Origin: Arcobacter sp.
GTDB lineage: Bacteria > Campylobacterota > Campylobacteria > Campylobacterales > Arcobacteraceae
DNA: 19,356 bases
NCBI GenBank assembly: GCA_965662175.1
Contig: CBFIGT010000036.1
Coordinates: 1-19,356, forward strand
Reading direction: 5' to 3'
This document shows, one piece after another, positions 12,749-19,356 of the stretch. Positions within the stretch are counted from its first letter, which is position 1, and the number at the start of each line of letters is the position of its first letter. The notes below the pieces were generated by a model, which saw nothing but the letters and a program-made list of their open reading frames with translations, was not told the DNA's origin and did not search any database. Both the position numbers and the translations under genes were made by a program.

Positions 12749-12791
12749 ATTATAGAAAATAAATAAAAATTTGTATGTGATGAATGTTACG
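12686..12791 (-). promoter_or_regulatory. Orphan expression signals of a deleted gene: CRP-type box, -10 box, RBS and start MKKII
   Basis: TGTGA-tgaatg-TTACG at 12776-12791. On the minus strand: TATAAT at 12754-12749, AAGGA at 12727-12723 and ATG at 12715, reading MKKIIQRSH*. Confidence 0.6.
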
Positions 12792-12852
12792 TTAGCACTT
12801 ATTTTATTGAAAAATTTTAAAAATTAAAGATTTACTTAAAAAAAGGATTAGA

Positions 12853-14742
12853 TTAAAGTAAATCTAACCACTCTTCAAAACTAGCATCACTTGGCATTCT
12901 CCAATCAGCTCTTGGACTAAGACTTATGGTTCCAACTTTAACACCATCTGGCATGGCATTTCTTTTGAACTGTTGTGTGAAAAATCTTTTTATAAAAATA
13001 TTTAGCCATTTTTTTATCTCATCTTTTGAATAGTTTTCAAAAGCAATATTTGCTAAAAATAGTATTTTAGATGGCTTTGCTCCATATCTTATAAAGTGAT
13101 ATAAAAAGAAATCATGTAACTCATATGGTCCAATTATACTCTCTGTTTCTTGGGAGATTTTATCACTATCATGGGGTAAAAGTTCAGGTGAGATAGGAGT
13201 GTTTAAAATATCTATTAAAACATCTTTTATCTCTTTTTTATATGTAAAATACTCCACAAGATAAGAAATAAGAGTTTTAGGAATTCCACTATTTAAAGAG
13301 TACATACTCATATGGTCACCATTATAAGTACACCAACCAAGTGCTATCTCACTTAAATCCCCTGTTCCTATAACAATTGCGCCCTCTTTATTTGCTAAAT
13401 TCATCAAAATTGAAGTTCTAGCTCTTGCTTGAACATTTTCATATGTTACATCGTGAATATCTTTGTCATGACCTATTGCTTCAAACTCTTTTAATGAAAC
13501 TTCACTAATAGCTATCTCTTTTAAAGTAACACCTAAAGTTTCACATAAATTTATAGCATTTGATTTTGTTCTATTTGTAGTTCCAAAACCTGGCATAGTA
13601 ATAGCAATAATTCCCTTTACATCAAGTTTTAAAATTTCAAAAGCTTTATAAGTAGCAAGTAGTGCTAAAGTAGAATCCAAACCACCCGATATTCCAATAA
13701 CTACTTTTTTACAGTTTATATGTGTTAATCTCTTTATAAGTCCATGGGCTTGAATACTTGTAATCTCTTCACAAACTTCTTGTTTAACTTTTTCATCACT
13801 TGGAATAAATGGATGTTTATCTATATACCTATTTAGTTTTGAAATTTTATTGCTAGCTTCTATTTTTATAACTCTAACATCTGTTGGAATACTATCTCCA
13901 AAATATGATTCTTGATTTCTTAGCCAAATTAGTTTTTCAAGGTCAATATCTGCTCTAATAGTTTGATTTTCTAAAGAAAACCTCTGGCTTTTTGCTAATA
14001 CAGAACCATATTCACAAATCATAGCATCTCCACCAAAAATAGTATCAGAACTAGATTCCCCTACTCCACTAGAACTATAAATATAAGAACAAACTAATCT
14101 TGCACTTTGAGTTTTTACTAACTCTTGTCTATAGGAAGATTTTCCAACTAATTCATTTGAAGCAGATAGATTGAAAATCATATTTGCACCATTTATTGCC
14201 ATTTGGTTAGAGGGAGGTAGTATTGACCATAAATCTTCACAAACTTCAATTCCAAAAGTTATATCATTTTCATCAGAAAATAGAAGATCAACTCCAAAAG
14301 GAATCTCTTGATTAAATAGCTTTAATGTTTTTCCTTTAATTCTAAGACCCGATTGAAAATATCTTTTTTCATAAAATTCATTTTTATTTGGAAGATAACT
14401 TTTTGGAACAATTCCTAATATCTTAGCATTTTGAATTACAGCAGCACAGTTATAAAGTCTATGCTCAAAGGAAACCACAAGACCAACTATAGCAATAGTT
14501 GATATTTCTTTACTTTTGTCTAATAGTTTTTTTAAAGCTTTGTTTTGAGACTCTATTAGGTTTTGATTTAAAAACAGATCACCTGCTGTATAGCCTGTAA
14601 TACAAAGCTCAGGGAAAAGAATAATTGAACTCTCATTTTTACTCTCTTCTTGAAAAATGTTTATAATCTCTTCTATATTGAAACTAGGATTAGCAATCTG
14701 CACCTTTGGAACACTTGTAGCAATTCTATAAAAACCATACAT
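12853..14742 (-). CDS. nadE: Glutamine-dependent NAD+ synthetase
   Basis: Nitrilase-type glutaminase triad (FPELCITGY, EKRYF, EVCEDLW) fused to a synthetase domain (ISGGLDST, ENVQARAR, GTGDLSE, PISPEL, QQFKR). Confidence 0.96.
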   Translation of the reverse strand: MYGFYRIATSVPKVQIANPSFNIEEIINIFQEESKNESSIILFPELCITGYTAGDLFLNQNLIESQNKALKKLLDKSKEISTIAIVGLVVSFEHRLYNCAAVIQNAKILGIVPKSYLPNKNEFYEKRYFQSGLRIKGKTLKLFNQEIPFGVDLLFSDENDITFGIEVCEDLWSILPPSNQMAINGANMIFNLSASNELVGKSSYRQELVKTQSARLVCSYIYSSSGVGESSSDTIFGGDAMICEYGSVLAKSQRFSLENQTIRADIDLEKLIWLRNQESYFGDSIPTDVRVIKIEASNKISKLNRYIDKHPFIPSDEKVKQEVCEEITSIQAHGLIKRLTHINCKKVVIGISGGLDSTLALLATYKAFEILKLDVKGIIAITMPGFGTTNRTKSNAINLCETLGVTLKEIAISEVSLKEFEAIGHDKDIHDVTYENVQARARTSILMNLANKEGAIVIGTGDLSEIALGWCTYNGDHMSMYSLNSGIPKTLISYLVEYFTYKKEIKDVLIDILNTPISPELLPHDSDKISQETESIIGPYELHDFFLYHFIRYGAKPSKILFLANIAFENYSKDEIKKWLNIFIKRFFTQQFKRNAMPDGVKVGTISLSPRADWRMPSDASFEEWLDLL

Positions 14743-14877
14743 AATTTTGGTTTTCCTTTTTATTTCTTAATTTATAAAAGAGATTATAGCCTTTGTTATT
14801 TTAATTAATCCAATTTGCTAAGACTTAGTAAATTTACAATTAACAATCTCTTTATATAAAAAAGCTAAAATCACAAA

Positions 14878-15384
14878 ATGAAAGATAAAATAAAAAAATA
14901 TATAAAAGAGATAATTAAGTACTTAATTATCATGATAATTGCTTTGAATGTTATTAGTTATTATAAATCCCAAGATTTAAATAAAGAAAATTTTCCATAT
15001 GAAGCTTTTGAATTAATTGATAATTCTACTTATAATTTATCAAAAGAGAAACCTTTATTAATCTATTTTTGGGCTACATGGTGTCCTATTTGTAAGTTTC
15101 AATCACCAAATATTGAGAGTTTGTCAGAAGATTATCAAGTTATTACCATAGCTTCTCAATCAGGTTCTAAAGATGAAATTAAAGAGTATTTAGAAAAAAA
15201 TAGACTTACTTTTAAAGTAGTTGATGATAGTTTCGGTAATTTTGCACATAAATTTAATATCCAAGCCTACCCTACAACACTAATTTATGATAAAAATAAA
15301 AATTTAAAATTTAGTGATGTGGGATACACTTCAAGTTTTAGTTTAAAACTAAAAATTTGGTGGGCTAGTATATTTTATAATTGA
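14878..15384 (+). CDS. TlpA-like thioredoxin-fold protein disulfide reductase, membrane anchored
   Basis: N-terminal TM segment, YFWATWCPICK (CxxC) and cis-Pro motif AYPTT. Confidence 0.85.
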   Translation: MKDKIKKYIKEIIKYLIIMIIALNVISYYKSQDLNKENFPYEAFELIDNSTYNLSKEKPLLIYFWATWCPICKFQSPNIESLSEDYQVITIASQSGSKDEIKEYLEKNRLTFKVVDDSFGNFAHKFNIQAYPTTLIYDKNKNLKFSDVGYTSSFSLKLKIWWASIFYN

Positions 15385-16028
15385 CTTTTAATTGCATCAA
15401 TAATATCTTGAGGTTCACATCTTTTTGTATAATCTTCATCAATAAAAGAGAAAATAATCTCTTTGTTTTTATTTAATAAATATGTTGCTGGCATTGGTAT
15501 TTCATAGCTATCCTCTTTGTTATTTGAGGGAATATCAATTCCAAAACTTTTATAAATAGGTCTTAACTCATGAGCTAGTGAAAATACCAAACCATACTCT
15601 TTTGCAATTTTATTTCCACTATCACTTAAAACTTCAAACTCTAATTCATTTTTTTCTTTTGTTGTCATACTAGCATCAGGTGATTGGGGAGAGATAGCTA
15701 CTATTTTTGCACTTAATTTTTTAAATTCATCATTTCTTAACTGTAAAGCTCTTAACTCCATATTACAATATGCGCACCAAGTACCTCTATAAAAACTAAC
15801 AATTACAAACTCATTTTCACTTATAACATCATCTAAAGAAACACTATTTCCAACAGCATTTAAAAGAGTAAAATCTTTTGCAATATCTCCCACTTTTAGT
15901 GCATTTTTACTTATACTTTCATCTTCTAGTTTTTTTGTAGCAGCTAACATAATCTCTTGAACCTCTTGTGGAGCTCTTTTTCTAAAACTCTCTTGATACT
16001 CTTTTATTGAATCTATTAATCTTGACAT
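15375..16028 (-). CDS. Peroxiredoxin-like AhpC/TSA family protein
   Basis: ALKVGDIAKDFTL, SFYRGTWCAYCNMELRAL, IVAISPQ, EVLSD, IPMPATY and DYTKR. Confidence 0.88.
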   Translation of the reverse strand: MSRLIDSIKEYQESFRKRAPQEVQEIMLAATKKLEDESISKNALKVGDIAKDFTLLNAVGNSVSLDDVISENEFVIVSFYRGTWCAYCNMELRALQLRNDEFKKLSAKIVAISPQSPDASMTTKEKNELEFEVLSDSGNKIAKEYGLVFSLAHELRPIYKSFGIDIPSNNKEDSYEIPMPATYLLNKNKEIIFSFIDEDYTKRCEPQDIIDAIKSQL

Positions 16029-16051
16029 TTTATTTCCTTTTTTATTTATTG

Positions 16052-16067
16052 TAGAATATTTATTCTA
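16052..16067. promoter_or_regulatory. Candidate TetR operator upstream of the peroxiredoxin-like gene
   Basis: TAGAAT-ATTT-ATTCTA, a perfect 6-4-6 palindrome overlapping minus-strand TACAAT (16053-16048). Confidence 0.75.
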
Positions 16068-16088
16068 TATTATTATTTTTTTATTATT

Positions 16089-16121
16089 TAAATAAAAGAG
16101 AAGAGTTTTCTCTTTTATTTA
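16089..16121 (-). terminator. Hairpin at the end of the HAD gene
   Basis: TAAATAAAAGAGAA-gagtt-TTCTCTTTTATTTA, a 14-bp perfect inverted repeat overlapping the stop codon. Confidence 0.55.
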
Positions 16122-16792
16122 CCAATCATATTAGTAAAATCAAATAAAGATTTTACTTGTAATGTAGCTTTGATTTCCCATGGATCAAAGAGTGCTTCTG
16201 GAGTTCTTTGTACCCAAGCTGCTTTCATACCAGCTGAAATAGAACCTGTAACATCAAATGAATTTGATGAAATTAACCAAGCCTCTTCACCTTTAACTTC
16301 AGCTGTTCTTAAAAAGTGTGCATATGCCCCTGGAGATGGCTTGAAAGTTCTAATATCATCAACACTTACTATTCCTAAAAAAAGCTCTTTTATACCTGCA
16401 TTTTCCAAAAGCATTTCAACAGCAATAGCTTGTCCATTTGAAAATGCAAACAATCTATAACCTTTCTGTTTTAAAGTTATTAAAGAACTCTTTACTTCAT
16501 CAAATGCAGGTAAAACATTATATAATGCCAATAATGAATTCTTTTGATTTTCACTTAAAGGCTCATTATAATAAGCACATGTATAGTCCAAAGCCTGAGA
16601 AGTACAAACAGCAAAACTTACATAATTTATCATAGCAGCACGTCTAAAAGAGTACTCAAGTTGCTTATCTCTCCATGTTTGAGAAAAACTCTTAGCCTTT
16701 TTACCAACCATAGTTTCTAATAAATGTACAACACCATTTGTATCTATTAATGTTCCATATACATCAAATGCAAGTGTTATGTTTTTTGACAT
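16115..16792 (-). CDS. Haloacid dehalogenase type II ((S)-2-haloacid dehalogenase-like)
   Basis: Motif I FDVYGTLID, WRDKQLEYS, motif II FSNG, FKPSPGAY and ISSNSFDVTG..AGM. Confidence 0.9.
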   Translation of the reverse strand: MSKNITLAFDVYGTLIDTNGVVHLLETMVGKKAKSFSQTWRDKQLEYSFRRAAMINYVSFAVCTSQALDYTCAYYNEPLSENQKNSLLALYNVLPAFDEVKSSLITLKQKGYRLFAFSNGQAIAVEMLLENAGIKELFLGIVSVDDIRTFKPSPGAYAHFLRTAEVKGEEAWLISSNSFDVTGSISAGMKAAWVQRTPEALFDPWEIKATLQVKSLFDFTNMIGK

Positions 16793-16811
16793 TTTATTTC
16801 CTTTTATTTTA

Positions 16812-16827
16812 TAGAATATTTATTCTA
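16812..16827. promoter_or_regulatory. Candidate TetR operator upstream of the HAD gene
   Basis: TAGAAT-ATTT-ATTCTA, identical to 16052-16067. Confidence 0.75.
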
Positions 16828-16842
16828 TAACTAATTAAAAAA

Positions 16843-16867
16843 ATTAGATAGTTTTAAACTATCTAAT
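16843..16867 (-). terminator. Hairpin and T-tract at the end of tetR
   Basis: ATTAGATAGTTT-T-AAACTATCTAAT inverted repeat overlapping the stop, followed by a T-run on the minus strand. Confidence 0.5.
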
Positions 16868-17419
16868 CATATTTAAAATATTATTGATAATAATTTCACC
16901 ATCTTCTTTAGAGTGATTATATTTACCAAAAATATTAAATCCATGAATAATAGTAATAATAGTTAAAGCCAAAGCTTTGACATCACCACTAAACTCTCCA
17001 TTTGATTTTGCTATTTCTAAATTTTTTTCTATTTGTAAACGTAAACTCTCAAAATAACTTTTAGGGATTTCAAAGGCATCATTGTTCATCAAATCACCCT
17101 TTCCCATACAGTTATTAAACAAACATCCCTTAAACTTGTCGTTAAAAGTAAAATTTTTCAAAAAAAGCTCTATCCCTTTTTTACCAGGATTATCTTTTAA
17201 AAGAGCAATAATTTTTGATGACCTTTTTAAATAGTAGTTTTCAAGACAATCTTTGAAAATACCCTCTTTATCTTTAAATAAAGAGTACATTGTTCTACGA
17301 TTTAATCCTGTATGCTCAACTATTTGAGCCATAGATACATTTTCATATCCTTTTTGCCAAAAAAGTTCCATTGCACTATCAAGTACTTTATTTAAATCAT
17401 ATTCTACAGGTCTTGCCAT
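16859..17419 (-). CDS. TetR/AcrR-family regulator, NemR-like
   Basis: MARPVEYD..AMELFWQKGYENVSM..TGLNRRTMYSLFKDKEGIF (TetR HTH) and a C-terminal GCL motif (KGCLFNNC). Start set at ATG 17419, after GGAG at 17429-17426. Confidence 0.9.
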   Translation of the reverse strand: MARPVEYDLNKVLDSAMELFWQKGYENVSMAQIVEHTGLNRRTMYSLFKDKEGIFKDCLENYYLKRSSKIIALLKDNPGKKGIELFLKNFTFNDKFKGCLFNNCMGKGDLMNNDAFEIPKSYFESLRLQIEKNLEIAKSNGEFSGDVKALALTIITIIHGFNIFGKYNHSKEDGEIIINNILNMIR

Positions 17420-17433
17420 TTTTAACTCCAGTT

Positions 17434-17467
17434 TTGACATTATAGAACAAATATTCTACAATGTCAA
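17434..17467. promoter_or_regulatory. 34-bp palindrome: overlapping divergent sigma70 promoters with a central operator
   Basis: TTGACATT-a-TAGAAcaaataTTCTA-c-AATGTCAA. Minus strand: TTGACA-17-TATAAT. Plus strand: TTGACA-17-TACAAT. Confidence 0.75.
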
Positions 17468-17565
17468 GTCTTTTATAAAAAATATCCAAAATCATCATTA
17501 TGCACAATAAAAGTTAAATATGTTAAAATTCACTTTTTAAATTATATAAATTTCAAGGTTTTTTT

Positions 17566-17955
17566 GTGTCAATATTTGCTTTACAATCATTAGCTGGTGG
17601 ATTTCTAGATGAAGATTTAGAACATTTTAATAAATATTTTGATGATTGGTGTATACAGTTTGATAGTTATGAAGATGCTATGGATATAATGCAAACCCTT
17701 GAAAAACAGGAGAGTATAGATATTGTTGAAATAACACCATTAAGTTATCCAAAATATTTTTTTACATCCTTACAAGGTACTATTTATGCAACACGACAAA
17801 TTGAAGATAAAATAATTTGTGTTGTAGAACCATATATGGGTTCTAGTTTTAAAATTGCAATTTGTGATCTTAATACAAAAAAAGTAAAACTAACAAAAAC
17901 AAGCTATAAAAATATACCAAATATTGAAGCTGCTTTTGCTAATTTTGGTGAGTAG
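17566..17955 (+). CDS. Hypothetical protein (129 aa, acidic)
   Basis: GTG start with an AAGG RBS and an extended -10 (TGtTAAAAT) at 17521-17529. No family motif recognised. Confidence 0.7.
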   Translation: MSIFALQSLAGGFLDEDLEHFNKYFDDWCIQFDSYEDAMDIMQTLEKQESIDIVEITPLSYPKYFFTSLQGTIYATRQIEDKIICVVEPYMGSSFKIAICDLNTKKVKLTKTSYKNIPNIEAAFANFGE

Positions 17956-17985
17956 ATATAAAGAGTATTTAAAAGCCACTTTCTT

Positions 17986-18129
17986 AATTTGAAGAAAATT
18001 GCTAAGTTTGATATTAGCTCCATTTTTAAATCTATGAATATCATCTTTACTTATCCCACCTTTCTTAGCAACTTCATTATCTGATAATCTCTTTTATAAT
18101 ATCTTCATCAGTTAATAGATTAACAGCAT
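17986..18129 (-). pseudogene. Degenerate XRE/HipB-like helix-turn-helix gene remnant
   Basis: The minus strand reads NLLTDEDIIKEI, then in another frame RLSDNEVAKKGGISKDDIHRFKNGANIKLSNFLQI, which fits an XRE HTH pattern. Not in the ORF track. Confidence 0.55.
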
Positions 18130-18191
18130 TTTTTATTTTGAATTATGTTTAAATAAATGAAGTCTTTAAAATTAACTTAGATATTAAATTG

Positions 18192-18200
18192 TGCTATAAT
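18192..18200 (+). promoter_or_regulatory. Extended -10 box (TGcTATAAT) of the addiction module
   Basis: Consensus TGnTATAAT 30 nt upstream of ATG 18231, followed by a GAGAGG RBS. Confidence 0.65.
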
Positions 18201-18230
18201 TACATAATTAGAAGAAAGAGAGGTTTTTCA

Positions 18231-18452
18231 ATGACTAAAGTTATGGATAGGATTCTTAATGATGTACAAGAACTTTCTCAAAGTGAAAAGAATGATTTAG
18301 TTAATTTTTTAATTGCTTCGATGGATAAATCGCATGATAAAAATTCTGAACAAGAGTGGGCTGATTTAGCAAAATCGAGATTTGATGATATTAAATCAGG
18401 AAAAATCGAGACTCAAAATTGGGAACAAATAAAACAAAGAATTCTATCTTAA
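18231..18452 (+). CDS. Putative addiction-module antitoxin (TIGR02574 / Unstab_antitox-like)
   Basis: LSQSEKNDLVNFLIAS..EQEWADLAKSRFDDIKSGKIETQNWEQIK matches the family pattern, and it lies directly upstream of a RelE/ParE-like gene. Start moved to ATG 18231. Confidence 0.8.
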   Translation: MTKVMDRILNDVQELSQSEKNDLVNFLIASMDKSHDKNSEQEWADLAKSRFDDIKSGKIETQNWEQIKQRILS

Positions 18453-18453
18453 T

Positions 18454-18752
18454 ATGAAAAAACCTATTTCATTCCATCCTGATGTTGCAGAAGACATAAA
18501 AGGCTCTTACAATTGGTATGAGAATCAACTTCAAGGCTTAGGAAAACGATTTTTAGATGAACTTGAAGATGCTTATATGCAATTCGATATTTTCCTCAAT
18601 CATGGGCAAACTTTCAGTATGGCTTTAAAAGGTATATCTTAAACAAATTTCCTTTTTCAATTATCTATAAATAATTTCACAAGCAAATATTTGTAATAGT
18701 AGTTATGCATAATAGCAGAAAACCTTATTATTGGGAAGATAGACTTAAATAG
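18454..18752 (+). pseudogene. RelE/ParE-family toxin, inactivated by a frameshift and a nonsense codon
   Basis: MKKPISFHPDVAEDIKGSYNWYENQLQGLGKRFLDELEDAY, frameshift at about 18577, then AIRYFPQSWANFQYGFKRYILNKFPFSIIYK* (TAA 18672-18674) FHKQIFVIVVMHNSRKPYYWEDRLK* (18750-18752). Confidence 0.85.
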
Positions 18753-18925
18753 TTAAACAAAAATCAGAACTTCAATATAAATATATTTAAATAAAAAATA
18801 ACACCAGCAATTAAAAACATACTCTAAAAAATACTACCTACCAATTAGTCAGTTTGTTAGATTATTGATTTTAAAGAATTTAGATAGTTTAGTTTAAACT
18901 AGGCTATCTAATATTAAGTATAAAA

Positions 18926-19354
18926 TTAATTTTTAACACTCCCCTCTTTTATTAATAATTCTTTTTCTTCTAATAATTGTAATCTTATTTCATTAAAGTA
19001 ATCATCCCAATTGTTTATGCTTGAAATTGTTTTGTACGTATCACTGTTCAATAATTTATTGATTTCAAGTTTTACTAATTGAATTTTTTCTTTTAAATCA
19101 ATTATTTTACTTCTCAATAATTCACTATCATTCAATTTATTACTGTCAAAATCAAATATAATATTTCTTTTTAATTTATCTAATATATCTTTAACTTTTT
19201 TAATATCATTAGAAGAATAAGCATTATTTAACTCTTTAAAAATTCTTTCTGCTTCTCTTTTTCTATTTGTTTCTACAATATCAGGATGACATAGTTTCGC
19301 AGTCTCTTTATAAAGTTTTTTTAATTTATTTTTATCATCTTCTGATATATCATA
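18926..19354 (-). CDS. C-terminal part of a J-domain-containing protein (5' end outside the window)
   Basis: The frame is open from the window edge: YDISEDDKNKLKKLYKETAKLCHPDIVETNRKREAERIFKELNNAY (HPD motif), followed by a coiled coil. The 69-aa ORF in the track is only its tail. Confidence 0.8.
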   Translation of the reverse strand, partial: YDISEDDKNKLKKLYKETAKLCHPDIVETNRKREAERIFKELNNAYSSNDIKKVKDILDKLKRNIIFDFDSNKLNDSELLRSKIIDLKEKIQLVKLEINKLLNSDTYKTISSINNWDDYFNEIRLQLLEEKELLIKEGSVKN

Positions 19355-19356
19355 AA

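Noticed and set aside
12792..12800. TTAGCACTT resembling a CIRCE (HrcA) half-site
   Set aside because: There is no GAGTGCTAA second half at the N9 spacing.
17420..17440. Upstream ATG (17440) as the tetR start
   Set aside because: It lies within the -10 box, upstream of the predicted start site. ATG 17419 has a GGAG RBS and the typical MARP N-terminus.
16022..17467. Repeated palindromes read as a CRISPR array or IS ends
   Set aside because: They are spaced by whole genes, sit at promoters and have no cas or transposase gene nearby. Operators explain them better.
18571..18581. Programmed frameshift rescuing the toxin
   Set aside because: No slippery sequence at the junction, and an in-frame TAA follows in the shifted frame.
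17956..18925. Integron-cassette interpretation of the TA region (GTTAGAT near 18856)
   Set aside because: No paired R''/R' and L boxes forming an attC hairpin, no repeated sites and no integrase in the window.
11359..19356. Two J-domain proteins as one linked system
   Set aside because: They are about 7 kb apart with different architectures and no shared regulatory signal. The second is cut off by the window edge.

Overview
Very AT-rich bacterial chromosomal window. Gene content and extended TGnTAwAAT promoters suggest Campylobacterota, probably Arcobacteraceae (inference). The left two-thirds is mostly housekeeping and stress genes: a partial SAM methyltransferase, a CaCA-family Ca2+/H+ antiporter, an ankyrin-repeat protein, glnS with a GatB/YqeY C-terminal domain, a ketopantoate reductase, katG, an orphan histidine kinase, a DjlA-like co-chaperone and glutamine-dependent nadE. 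Main items not shown by the ORF track: (1) a candidate NemR-like TetR mini-regulon (tetR, haloacid dehalogenase, peroxiredoxin-like gene) in which each gene has its own TAGAAy-N4-ATTCTA operator and tetR sits behind a symmetric bidirectional promoter; (2) a deletion scar that truncated a Crp/Fnr regulator but left a CRP-type box at -41.5, a -10 box, an RBS and the first codons of a lost convergent gene; (3) decayed toxin-antitoxin genes at the right end (a doubly broken RelE/ParE toxin beside an intact antitoxin, and an XRE/HipB-like remnant); (4) two candidate leaderless genes. No rRNA, tRNA, CRISPR array or transposase was seen.
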